Under the pieces are notes generated by a model. The model saw nothing but the letters and a program-made list of their open reading frames with translations, was not told where the DNA came from and made no database searches. Below, piece after piece: positions 1 through 11,459 of a DNA stretch of 64,000 nt (within the stretch, counting starts at the first letter, position 1; every line of letters starts with the position of its first letter). The stretch is from Octopus bimaculoides (lineage: Eukaryota). Position numbers and translations under genes: made by a program. The stretch lies in contig NC_068991.1 in the NCBI RefSeq assembly GCF_001194135.2, positions 57,178,316 through 57,242,315 on the forward strand, written 5' to 3'.

Positions 1-111
1 AATCATCTATTTATCTTCCTTACGACACTAAAGTCAACTACCAGAAGGAAGTTCAGTTTAATAATCCAGTGATCCTTCTGCGTCTATACCCGTGCGTCAA
101 TATTTAGCAAG

Positions 112-129
112 TATTATTATTATTATTTT

Positions 130-189
<60 letters not shown>

Positions 190-190
190 A
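112..190. repeat. compound (TAT)n-(TAC)n microsatellite
   Basis: Directly visible trinucleotide tracts. Confidence 0.95.
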
Positions 191-324
191 GTGATCTTAT
201 GCCAACATTTGAAACGAATATTAATGTGTTCTGTATTTTAGAGACAGAATTTGGCTGCCAAGGCTAGCACATCAAATTTTGATGTAAATTAAGGTGTGGT
301 TATGATTAATTCGTACGAACTTAC

Positions 325-392
325 ATGAAAGACATTTATCAAAAGGAAAAATGTTATCTTTAAGAAGAGTCGTATCAGAAAGAGTGCCTGAT
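325..392 (-). CDS. candidate 68-nt internal exon, product unknown
   Basis: Minus strand: acceptor cattttaacgatctttcag, donor CAT|gtaagt. One open frame reads SGTLSDTTLLKDNIFPFDKCLS. No homology recognised; such signals arise often by chance in AT-rich DNA. Confidence 0.2.
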
Positions 393-610
393 CTGAAAGA
401 TCGTTAAAATGTTACATAGTAAAGTTGTATATAACCACGTTTTCTAGATATTCAATACACCTTCTTCCTTGTATGTGTAAATATATACATGAAAGTGGTA
501 TTAAAGGCTACGAGGGTATCCGTTGAACAACAGACTGGAGTTTAAAGCCTTTATATAATTATAGCAGCTATCTATCTATCATCTATCTGTCTATCTATCT
601 ATTTGTCTAT

Positions 611-645
<35 letters not shown>

Positions 646-1087
646 ATTATCTATCTATCTATTTATCCATCCATCTATCCATCTCTCTCTCCCCCTTTCT
701 CTCTCTGTAAATATATATAAAACTTTTTCTGTCTTTCTATATATGTGTGTCTCTGTATGTACGTGTGTGTGTCTGTCTATGCATGTGTGTGAGTGTGTGA
801 GTGTATGTATGTGTATTTCTTGTGTGTAGAATTAAACATATGATTGCTACTGATCAGTTTAGAGCTCAACGTAGATTATCATCATTCCATCTACTACTAG
901 TAAAATGATGTGATTATTACAGCCCTTAGAACTAGTACCGGTTAAAATTAACAGTAAACGTAGCATCCAATTGTACTATGAACACCTACTGCGTATGATG
1001 CAATTAAACAATATGGTTAAACGCACATAGGAATCAAAATTATTGAAAATGCATCTTCCGTTTATCATACACATATANNNNNNNNNN

Positions 1088-1440
1088 GAGGCGCAGGAGT
1101 GGCTGTGTGGTAAGTAGCCTGCTTACCAACCACATGGTTCCAGGTTCATTCCCACTGCGCGGCACCTTGGGCAAATGTCTTCTACTATAGTCTCGGGCCG
1201 ACAAAGCCTTGTGAGTGGATTTGGTAGACGGAAACTGAAAAACGCCCGCCGTATATATATATATATGTGTGTGTATATGTGTATCTGTGTTTGTCCCCCA
1301 AACATTTCTTGACAACCAATGCTGGTGTGTTTAGATCCCCGTAACTTAGCGGTTCTGCAAAAGAGACCGATAGAATAAGTGCTAGGCTTACAAAGAATAT
1401 GTCCTGGGGTCGATTTTCTCGATTACATCGACTCCAGTGC
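1088..1440 (+). mobile_element. tRNA-derived SINE, family B (internal TA/TG microsatellite)
   Basis: A-box-like GTGGCTGTGTGG, B-box-like GGTTCATTCCC, body ccttgggcaaatgtcttctactatag...gtgagtggatttggtagacggaaactg. The same sequence recurs at 3584, 37190, 48915, 55010 and 60708. Confidence 0.9.
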
Positions 1441-1586
1441 GTAACTAGTACTCATGTAATCGAACTCGAAAAGATGATGAGCAAAGTCAACCTCGGTGAA
1501 ATTTGAACTCAGAAGGTAAAGACAGACGAAATGCCACTAAGCACTTCGCCCGGCGTGCTAACGATTCTGCCAACTTGCTGCCTTAA
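1440..1586 (-). mobile_element. tRNA-derived SINE, family A
   Basis: Reverse complement matches the family A head (ggcagaatcgttagcacgccgggcgaa...gagttcaaatt) seen nearly intact at 32887. Confidence 0.85.
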
Positions 1587-1692
1587 TATCGTAATTAAAT
1601 AATAGCATCAAAGAACTACCTATGGATATATTAGAAACTTACCTTCTCCAGAATTTACAGCTCTTTGTTAGGGTTCAATATTAATTTGATCC

Positions 1693-1912
1693 AAGGCGGC
1701 GAGCTAGCAGAGTTGGTAATGTGGCGGGCAAATAGCTTAGAGGCATTTCGTCTGGCTTCACGTTCTGTGTTCAAATTCCGTCGAGTACGAGTTTGCCTTT
1801 CATCCATTCGGGGCATAGTGAAAATAAATAGCAGATGAGCACTGGGTCGATGTAATCGAATTCACCCCCTCCCCCAGAATTGCTGGCCTTGTAACAAACT
1901 TTGAAACCAATA
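1693..1912 (+). mobile_element. tRNA-derived SINE, family A (Deu/Nin-like central domain)
   Basis: aaggcggcgagctagcagag head, gttcaaattcc B box, gcctttcatcc core, ggccttgt...ttgaaacc tail. Confidence 0.9.
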
Positions 1913-2180
1913 ATAATTCTAATCTGTTATTAGAAAATTTCGAACTTTTTGCATGCGTTAGACGATCCATACTTTTGCATGTGGATCAGTCTCCATTAAA
2001 AGAAAATACTGAAAGAAACAGAGAACTAAACCTCGACGAGCAGATAAACAAATTCTATTTATTTCTGGTTCATTAACATATGGTAAAGTAATAAATAAAT
2101 TCCTGTTGGTTTCCAAGGAGTATGTGCATTTCAAATTCTTCGTTTGCTTGCCCCTATTTTGTTGTAGGAAAATAGACATA

Positions 2181-2254
<74 letters not shown>

Positions 2255-2448
2255 GCACGCACACACACACACACACACACACACATGTGAGCTCGCGCAC
2301 ACACATGCATAGATACACATAAACGCATACACATAAACGCATACAGTCTTAATTTATAGACTGGCATACGCACACATATGCACACAAATATACATATGCA
2401 TACATACATGTATACATGTGTGTGTGTGTGTGGGGGGCTGTATGAGTG

Positions 2449-2481
<33 letters not shown>

Positions 2482-2861
2482 AGTGACCGATATACGCGAA
2501 AGCTCAAGTATAAACAAGCGACACAAACGTATATACACTAATTTTCGTCTATTATAAAATGCGGTCACAAACTTGCTCCTAGTTGGAAAATCCCAGAGGT
2601 CCTAACATCAACATATATCATCTCTGTTTCTTTACATTAAGACCATATATGAAATAATATTAAAAATTAGATATTTTAAGCAATTTCGCAGTAAGCCTTC
2701 GCATCCACACCTAATTTTAGAATAACCATTCAGCTGATATTCTACCAATTATTACAAATGGCATTCCAACTGAACAACGCAATATTTCATTATATCAAAT
2801 ATCAAAACTAAGAACTTCTCTTTACAAACCAAGACTAACTAGAAAAAGCTTTCGTTATGCT

Positions 2862-3575
2862 AATAATTATATAGGCGTATAATATAGGCGTATTATATAG
2901 GCGAGCTGGCAGAATCGTTAGCACGCCGGGTATAATGCCTGGCAGCATTCTGTCCGTCTTTACGTTCTGGGTTTAAACGCCGCCGGGCGACTTTGCCTTT
3001 CATCCTTTCGGGGTCGATAAAATAAGTAACAGTTGTGTAGTGGGATCGATCTAATAGACTGGTCTACTCCCCCAAAATTTCGGGCCTTGTGCTTTGAGCA
3101 GAAAAGAATAATTATCTAGGCATATAAGTCGGTGAGATGGCAGAATCGTTAGCACGCCGAGCACAATGTCTAGCAGCATTTTGTCCGTCTTTCCGTTCTG
3201 GGTTCAAATGCTACCGGGGTCGACTTTACTATTCATCCTTTCGGGGACGATAAATTAAGTGCCAGTTGCGTACTGGGGTCGATCTAATCGACTGGCCTCC
3301 TCCCCCAAAATTTCGGGGCCTTGGGCTTAGAGCAGAAAAGAATAATTATCTAGGCATATAAGTCGGTGAGATAGCAGAATCGTTAGCACACCGGGCCAAA
3401 ATGCCTGGCAACATTCTGTCCGTCTTTACGTTTTGGGTTTAAATGCTGCTGGGGCCGACTTTACCTTTAATTCTTTCGGGGTCGATAAATTAAGTAGCGG
3501 TTGGGTACTGGAATCGGTGTAATCAGCTTAAGTCTCCCTCTAAATTGCTGGCCTTATACCAAAATGTGAAATCTA
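2862..3575 (+). mobile_element. three head-to-tail family A SINE copies
   Basis: Bodies at about 2897-3110, 3126-3343 and 3360-3575. The junction aataattatctaggcatataagtcggtgagat is identical at 3107 and 3341 (234-bp period). Confidence 0.9.
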
Positions 3576-3583
3576 TAATTATA

Positions 3584-3940
3584 AAGGTGCAAGCATTCCA
3601 GTGTGGTTAAGAAGCTTGCTTTGAAGCCATATGGTCTTGGGATTGGTCCCATTGCTCAGCACCTTGGCCAAGCGTATTCTACTGTAAACCGGGTTTTGTG
3701 TGAAAATGTTGGCCAATGGAAACTGTGGGGAAGGTGGCAGTATATATATATATATATATACACATACACAAATATGTATGTATATATGCACATGTGTATG
3801 TATGTATATGAAGGCCTGCCATACAGTTTATATATATATACGAGCGCACAAGTATGACTCGACTTGGGCCGATGTATTTGACTAAGCCTTTCGAAACGGT
3901 GCCCTAGCATGGCCGCAGTTCAATGACTAAAATATGTAAA
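3584..3940 (+). mobile_element. SINE family B, internally deleted
   Basis: gtgtggttaagaagcttgc head, ccttggccaagcg body, ctagcatggccgcagttcaatgactaaa tail. Confidence 0.8.
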
Positions 3941-4096
3941 CGATAGAAGATACAAAGAAGACAAGCTGGTTACATTTGGTTTTCATTTTATAATAGGTTA
4001 AGTCTGTTCAATTAAGCCTGGCAAGAGACTAGACAAAAAACATCATTAACAATAGCCATAACAGCAAAAACGATAACAACAATATTTTTCAAGCTG

Positions 4097-4288
4097 AATA
4101 AGGCGGCGAACTGGTAGGAGCGTTAGCACGCCGGACGAAATGCTTAGCGGTATTTCTTCCGTCTTTACGTCCTGAATTCAAATTCCGCCGAGGTCGACTT
4201 TGCCTTTCATCCTTTGGGGTCGATAAATTAAGTAACAGTTGACTCCCCTACCCAAAAAGTTTCTGGCCTTGTGCCTAGAGTAGAAAAG
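4097..4288 (+). mobile_element. SINE family A with 16-bp target site duplication
   Basis: aatatttttcaagctg occurs at 4081-4096 and 4289-4304, flanking the SINE body. Confidence 0.92.
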
Positions 4289-4431
4289 AATATTTTTCAA
4301 GCTGTAGTAATGTTAAATTTTGGTTGGTAGGTCAAATATACGGCCTGGTTTAATCCTGCCATTCTTTGGTCCTGTTGCGGAGTTCACGCTGCGGCAAGCG
4401 TACGCGCCTGTTGCTGTAGTTTCTAACTCAC

Positions 4432-4467
4432 CGAATTTTTATTACCAACGAAATAGCAAATCTCTTC
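4432..4467 (-). CDS. candidate 36-nt exon, product unknown
   Basis: Minus strand: acceptor gtttttttatcctttatatag, donor TCG|gtgagt. Two frames are open (EEICYFVGNKNS or KRFAISLVIKI). Confidence 0.25.
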
Positions 4468-4869
4468 CTATATAAAGGATAAAAAAACTTAATAACTCGA
4501 TTAAAAGAATTCCTTCTCGTAAACCAACGGCTCACGAACTAAACTCTTATTATACTGATTACATCTTTGATAAGGAAATTCGCAATGATTTTCCTTAGAA
4601 TTTCCTTTGTAATCATGCTTCTTCTTGAAGATGGAGATCTACAGATGTTTACAGTGCACATCAGCTGCAAGCACAGCGCCAGTCTTGCATGTCACGAAAA
4701 TGTTTTGGAATCTGATCTACTTCTTCTTTCTTGAATTACTTATTAGTCAAAGTGTATTTTCAAATACTAAGTATTCCATTCCTTTTTCCAGAATGAATAA
4801 CCCTTCATAATTATCATCTCTTCTCTATATTTACTAAACAAAGTTGTTAGTGGATGTCTAATGTCATAT

Positions 4870-5210
4870 TTTATAGTTCCCGGTAATGAATGATACGTTT
4901 CGGTTTATTTCCGGTTTGTGTCATCAGGCGCCGTTAATAAACAGGTGATCTATCAATCTTACGCGTTTTCACTTTACTTCTGCGAGCGTGTGTGTGTGTC
5001 TGTGTGTATGTGCCTGTATATGCGTGTGCGCGACTGTGTGCGCGCGTGTGCTTAGGATATATAACACCCATTTTTTCGGTAGGCGTTTTATTCTAGCTTT
5101 TTTATTTTTCTTCGGAGACTTTTTCCGCTAATTAAGTCATCTCCATCGTTCTTCTCAAAATTTGGTCGGTAATATTCATCCGTAATCGCAAACATCGCAC
5201 GTAAACAACT
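4870..5210. promoter_or_regulatory. CpG-enriched non-repetitive segment, possible promoter or first exon
   Basis: Locally many CpGs, an ETS-like ATTTCCGGT at 4907-4915, a plus-strand donor CAG|gtgatc at 4944/4945, then T/GT-rich sequence. Motif evidence only. Confidence 0.25.
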
Positions 5211-6367
5211 TCATGCAGAAATATGCTAAAATCTGTTTGTTTATAACCTTAGATTTTGTATTCACCTCTTCCAGAGAAAGGTGGTGGTGGTGGTGGGGGG
5301 CAATTTTTCTGTATTTTACACAATTATTTTCAATTATCAAGTTTTAATTAAACTTGATAATTGAAAATGTTCTTCGAGACTATTTTTGTTTTGCTCAAAA
5401 GAATGCTATTTATTTGCATTATAGAAGCCAGGTTAGTTTAGAGTGGGATTATAGTTATTTTTTTTTTTAGTTTAAAGTGAAGATTATAGTTATTCTTTTA
5501 ACCATGAGAACAAAACAGTTGTTCTGTGTATTAGTTATCTATTTTATTTCAATTGGAGTCGAATTCTTGCCTTTGTATGGGGTTCTTATTGTAAGAACGC
5601 TGAAAATATTTTACAAATTTGTAAATTATGATGGCTTAATAAAACTACTGGAAGATTTTGATTCTGTCATGACAAAAGCTCTTAGTAATAAGGAAAAAAT
5701 GTGGAAGAATATCGTATTTGTGAAGAACGAATGTGTTCAGTTGATACTTTATACTCTTTATCAGTAATCGCTATGTAACATTCTTAAAGACCAGATATTT
5801 GGATTAAGTATTTGTACATACCAAAAGACACCGAGAAAAAATAAAACGTTATATATACTTTTCTTTTTTATATATAGATTTTATGCAAAGAAATTATATT
5901 TGCAAGACAGTTTTATTTTTCTTAGGTTTATCCAACTAAAAAGAAAGGAAACTGAAAAAGTGGTGAAAGGAATTTGGGACAATTTATAATAAAAGAGATT
6001 ACACCGTTAAAAGACGATCCATCTCAAAGCTATCACCATCTGCATATATGGCTGGTTATGGAACAGATGTTCAACAGCGGATAATGAACAAAATTGCAAT
6101 GCTATTGGTGTAAATTGTAATAATCATTCTTTTTATTTAGTTCGAATATTTAGAATGACATAACGATTATTGGAGAAATATAATGATGGTAATCTTTTTC
6201 GGAGCAATTCAGTCACTTTATTCAGTCATTCATTTTCCAGTTTAACAGTTTGTTGCCAAAAGTTGAGGCTGTATAAAGTGTTGGTAATCTTTAATATGAG
6301 GTTCTGGGAGTTTCAGAATATCGACTGGGTTGTCAGTTCATGAATATACTGCTATAACTCTTTGTAA

Positions 6368-6780
6368 TTCTGGCACAAGGCCAGTGATTTCAAGGAGAGA
6401 GGTAAATCGATTACATCGATCGGTGTTCATCTATTTATTCATTCTATCGACCCTGGTGGGATAAAAGGCAAAGCCAACTTCAGCGGCATTTGAACTCAGA
6501 ACGTAAGAAGCCGGAAGAAATGCTGCTAAGCATTTTGTCTTACGTGCTAAAGATTTTGCCAGCTCATCACCTTTGAATAGACTGATATAATCATTTCTGC
6601 TATAGGCAGAAGGCATGAAATTTTGTGGGGAGATTCTAATCGATTGCATCGACATCAGTATTTAACTGATATTTACTTTATCGACTTCCACGGAATTTGA
6701 ACTCACAACGTAAAGACGGTTGAGAAGCCGCTTTGCATTTTGTACTCTGTGCTCACGATTCTGTTAACTAACCGCCCTTC
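6368..6780 (-). mobile_element. two tandem family A SINE copies (6368-6575, 6598-6780)
   Basis: Each contains the reverse-complement hallmarks ggcacaaggcc or ggcagaaggc, atcgac...aaaggcaaag, atttgaactca and gattctg. Confidence 0.85.
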
Positions 6781-7749
6781 AATAAAGTGATATAACAGAA
6801 CATTTGCAAAGCAAGGTCGATGGTCAAAAACAAACTGTTTATATAAGAGATGATGCAGGACTCTTCATGAATCAATTTTTTACTAATGGTTTCTTGTTTT
6901 TGCTTGGATTTTGAAATAAAATTTTTGTTCGGTATCCAACCCTTAAAAAAAACCACAACAAAGATTACATCATAAACTTTTAGAAGTGTACTTAGGATGT
7001 AAATATTCTTTATTGTAATAGTTTTGGCAGTCAGGTCTCATTGATCAATGAATCACTTGTAGTTTGGATGGAAGAAAAATTAGCTGACCCAAGGACTTGG
7101 ACACAAAGTTTTACGTCTTTTAGGTTGTAGACAGTTTTAGCCATTTACGTACATCATTTAGATAGTAGACAGTTTTATTCAAGAGAAAACAGCATCATAG
7201 CGTATTTAATGATGCCACAAAAAAAAGCACGGGCATATCAGGCGTATCCTAATTTCAGCAATACTCAATCAGGAAAAATGGTATTTTTTGTTCATGAGAT
7301 CTGGGATGATATTTTGAGATTTTTGGGGGTAAAAGTGAGTTTTATAAATCACCAGAAACGTTACGTAATGTAAATGCATTTTAAAAATTCTGTCTCAAAC
7401 TTGGTCAATATTATTGGTGTCTGATCATGATGACACACCGTTTATTTATCTATTATACGCTAACCTCAATAAATGATTTTGTTTTAGCCCCACATACTTG
7501 CGTTTTAAAATGTGTCCCATCATTATGAGGCATTCGGTAGATTCTGTTGCTGTTATTGATAATGTTTAGGCCTAGATAACCCCAGAATGAACTAACCCTT
7601 GATGAAAGACATTCTAGAGTTAAATCCCCTAATTTTGTCTGATGCACAATGTACCTAGGAGTATATTTTCCAATGTCTCATTCCTAAGAAGACAGGACTT
7701 AATATGAAATTTGTTTTCTATAGTTAGCAGATCGAGAGGAGTCTGTGTT

Positions 7750-7895
7750 TGTTTTGCTACTCAGCTTGACAACCGCTGTTGGTTTGTTTCCATCCGGGTA
7801 ACTTAACAGTTCGGCAAAGGAGAAATAATTAAGTTGTGGGTTCGATTTGTTCAACCAGACTCTTCAAACCTGTGCTCCAGCATGATCTCAGTTCA
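7750..7895 (+). mobile_element. SINE family B 3' half
   Basis: gcttgacaaccgctgttggtttgttt...gtaacttaacagttcggcaaagg...ttcgatttgttcaac...gctccagcatg. Confidence 0.7.
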
Positions 7896-8689
7896 ACAAC
7901 AACAACAAGCAGAAGATAACAGATACTATCCTACAGCAAGGACTTCATTATCCATTGCTTCCTCCCGATCTGAAGATGTCAGAACGCGACTTATCGGAGA
8001 TTTGGCTACGATTCTAGCAAGTGGAATGACCAGATAGAGATTGTTTTGTTAGATCAGCTCTGTATGGTTCTATTTTTTATGTAATCAACTTGTGTATCGG
8101 AAAATATTTTTATTTTTTAACCGCAGTTTCACCCAATAATAAAGTAAATAAAGCTAATTGTTTAATTTCATTCCTATTGTGTTTTGATATCATTCAGCTG
8201 TGCATGACAATGATTTTTTCGTATTTAGCTGAAAATGAAACGTAACCGCTCCTCTAATTAATTTTTAATGATACAGATGCGTTAATTAATTTAGACTTGA
8301 AGTTCTTTGTGATGGATCCATTGTTATCTTAACTGGAATTTTTTTTTAGCAATAATGAGATGTAACATTATTAGAAGGCCACACACTTGTAGTGGAGGGT
8401 ATAGGTCGATATAATCGACCCCCGTGTATTAGGAGTAATTATTTATATCGATCCCTGGAGTGTTGGGGTTGAAAGGGGAAGTCAACTCTGGCATAAAGGG
8501 ACCTTCACAGTAAATACCAAGTAAATGCATCACATTGGTCCTGCGGAGAGATGTGATGGCCAATTGGTTAAAAGGTTTCATTATTTGCTCATAAAACAAG
8601 CGTTCAAACTCGCACCAGTAAAGGTCTCTGGTTTGATCTCTGCTTTCGGCATTTTACAACGTAAACTTAGCTGCAGCCATGGCGATGTG

Positions 8690-9440
8690 GTTAAGAAGTT
8701 CTATAATGAAATCCGTCGAAAGGATAAGCCCGAGTACAAAGAAATAAGAACTCACAATATGGTAGAAGCTATAGCAACTCAAAATAAAAATGAGTGCTAG
8801 TGGAATGTCCTAGTGGAGTCCTCAATGAAATGTAAGCACAACAGACCTGATATAATGCTTGGTTTAGAGAAGAGAAACTGTGAGCACAGTTGTGGAAATT
8901 AGCTGCCCAACGGATGTTAACATAAAGCTGAAGATCAAGGCAAAAGAGAATATCTACACAGAACTATTGAGAAATCTGCATATACTCTATACAGATCACA
9001 CGTTCAGGTTTAAGCCTCTAATGATTGGGGTCCTAGGATATGTAACACGCTGCCTAAATACCAATCTTAGAAAATTAGGCTTCTCAAAACCAGAAAGGTG
9101 AAAGTTAATTCGAAGACTACAGTTCTAATCCATCACTGGAGTTGTAAAGATCTGCAAAGCCTTCACGAAGTTTTTTATTTAAATATATATGAACATGTCT
9201 AGATGTGCAACTATATGCATGAGAATACACACATAAAACAAAACATACAAATTTGCACACATACATGCATACATAGATACATACATACATACAGACATGC
9301 ATACAAACAAAAATAACCTGTTGTTGATGTTGAAATTCCAATGAAGGAGCCTCGGATCTAGGTTAGAAACCGGTTCTTTCTCTATTGGCAAGAAATCTTG
9401 AAATAAAACTGAACAATGAAATAAAACTGAACAACTGAAC
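8690..9440 (+). mobile_element. 3' end of an R4/NeSL-group non-LTR retrotransposon (restriction-like endonuclease plus 3' UTR), decayed
   Basis: Translation HNRPDIML...VVEISCPTDVNIKLKIKAKENIY...LMIGVLGYV carries the RPD-E-K REL motif, with stops and a frameshift. It is followed by a 3' UTR and a (TACA)n tract. Confidence 0.85.
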
Positions 9441-9894
9441 AATACATACATACATACATACATGCATGCATACATACATACATACATACATAGATGCATG
9501 CATACATACATGCAAACATACATACATACATACATGCATACATGCATACATACATACATACACAACCATATATGCATGTATACACGTATGTGTGTATGAA
9601 TATATAAAATTTTAAAATGATGCATGTAACATCTTAGCAAGTGTAAAAGTAATTAATAAATATTATTTAATTAAAACAGAATTAACTTTATTCTATATTT
9701 ACGACAGCAATTATGATACAAGTTATTGTAGCACGCTTAAGAAAATTGTTTATCGACTAAGGAAATAATTTTATACATGCATAATTAAAATTAAAAACCG
9801 TTAATTTATTAAAGGCAGTGATATGATGCAGCATTTAGAGATTTAGAGTTGTGCTGTTAATTATATATATATAACAGATTATAAATATAGAACA

Positions 9895-10050
9895 GTGGTC
9901 CACAATGTGTTTGCAGTGCCAGTACTCATACTAACATTTGGGCTGCTTGATTGGACGCTTGAGATCCGAGCCATTGATGTGAAGATCCGAAAAATACTAA
10001 CAAGCAGACACGATTTCTACATAAACATTGACGTAGGCCGCTTCTGGCAA
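9895..10050 (+). mobile_element. R4/NeSL-group RT thumb fragment
   Basis: HNVFAVPVLILTFGLLDWT/EIRAIDVKIRKILTSRHDFYINIDVGRF resembles the post-RT region of R4/Dong-type elements. Confidence 0.75.
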
Positions 10051-10134
10051 TTATGATTCAAGTTTCTTCGAGTGATTTTTTTTATATATATATATATATT
10101 TACACACACGCACACACACACACATATATATATA

Positions 10135-10500
10135 CACAGAAAATCGTCTCAATGCAACATATCAGTTACGTGGAAAAATTGAATGAGTTAAAACTCTTCT
10201 CCTTAGAAAGAAGGCGTGAAAGATATGCAGTGATATACACCTGGAAAATCCTGAAAACCCTTGTACCAACCTTAAACATTGAAAGTTACATCAAAAGCCG
10301 AACGGGTCAGCAATACAGAGTGCCAAAGATCCCAGCATCACCATCAAAATGCATAACCAGATACTGCAAGAGTTAGGGTTTCAAGATCTCACAGCTCTTC
10401 AATAACCTTCCAAAATGCCTGAGAGACCTGCAACATCAAACTCCCTCATTCACCAAATGCCACAGATCACAGGAAGTTTCAAATAATGGTGTAGCATAGC
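10135..10500 (+). mobile_element. CR1/L2-group LINE 3' fragment, internally deleted
   Basis: ISYVEKLNELKLFSLERRRERYAVIYTWKILKTLVP...QLFNNLPKCLRDL. Homologous to 22548-23035. Confidence 0.88.
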
Positions 10501-10553
10501 CAACCGCCGCTTTAAAGCTGAAATAATTTAAAGAATTAAAGAATTATATATAT

Positions 10554-10633
10554 ATCATCAGACGGAGAATTGCAGAAATGTGTTAACCAGATGCTGTTCA
10601 CATTTAAATGCATTGAAATTACATTGCATAAGC

Positions 10634-10699
<66 letters not shown>

Positions 10700-11459
10700 G
10701 TATGTATCTGTAAATAATATGTGACAGTTATTCAGTAGCCATGATAAAACTGTCACATATTATTTACAGATAAATTCATCTATTTACATAATATCGAGGT
10801 CTCATTCTTTTGTTATCTTACCTTTTCTATCAATATATATATATATGTATACAGTTTAAAATGACCTCATCGCGTGTTTTTAGTCTTTGGCGTTGAATAA
10901 AATCTTGTCTATTTCATGTGTTTACGAAATCTTTCACCATTATTATTTTCATATTTCAAAAAATGCAATAATACTCTTCTTCATTCTTCATACGGCGAAT
11001 TTCTATTACGGTTAATTTTCTGGACACGAAAGAAAATAGTTTTGGTTTGGTCTCTATGCCTTAAAACCTTTTTAAACACACATTCACAGCAACGCTATCG
11101 TTTCGTTTCCACACTACAGCCCCTATTTAAAATCTTTGGTTCTGTCCTTCTCTTCCAATTATAATGCAGAAAATGGTGCTGCATCAACGTGTCAATGTGT
11201 TGGGTCACACACCATTTGAAACTACTACTTTCAGAATTGCACATATGGAGAATTACCTCAACACTACAAACACCGCAGCCGCATTTCTCAATAAACGTAC
11301 ATTAACATCACTATTACTACAATCAACCACCTCGCTGCCACCACTAGCACCGGGCACCACTAACACCGCCAACATCATCAGACGGAGAATTGCAGAAATG
11401 TGTTAACCAGATGCTGTTCACATTTAAATGCATTGAAATTACATTGCATAAGCGTTTAT
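10554..11459 (+). repeat. 86-bp exact direct repeat (10554-10639 and 11374-11459)
   Basis: atcatcagacggagaattgcagaaatg...gcataagcgtttat is identical in both positions, offset 820 bp. Confidence 0.95.
10705..10772. repeat. perfect 25-bp inverted repeat with 18-nt spacer
   Basis: tatctgtaaataatatgtgacagtt (10705-10729) and aactgtcacatattatttacagata (10748-10772). Confidence 0.97.

Noticed and set aside
2862-3575. Regularly spaced repeats as a CRISPR array or tRNA gene cluster
   Set aside because: Units are about 234-bp SINE bodies with no unique spacers, there are no cas genes, the context is eukaryotic, and the heads do not fold into complete cloverleaves.
4625-4810. ORF with signal-peptide-like MFWNLIYFFFLELLISQS
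   Set aside because: The hydrophobic run comes from a T-rich tract, there is no good donor, and the ORF is short with no homology.
4885-4935. Minus-strand CTGATGA...GAAAC resembling a hammerhead
   Set aside because: No stem II closing pair (C opposite C), and the flanks cannot form stem I.
7020-7200. INESLV and GLGHKVLRLL resembling piggyBac transposase motifs
   Set aside because: Too short, in different frames, wrong spacing, and no TTAA-flanked termini seen.
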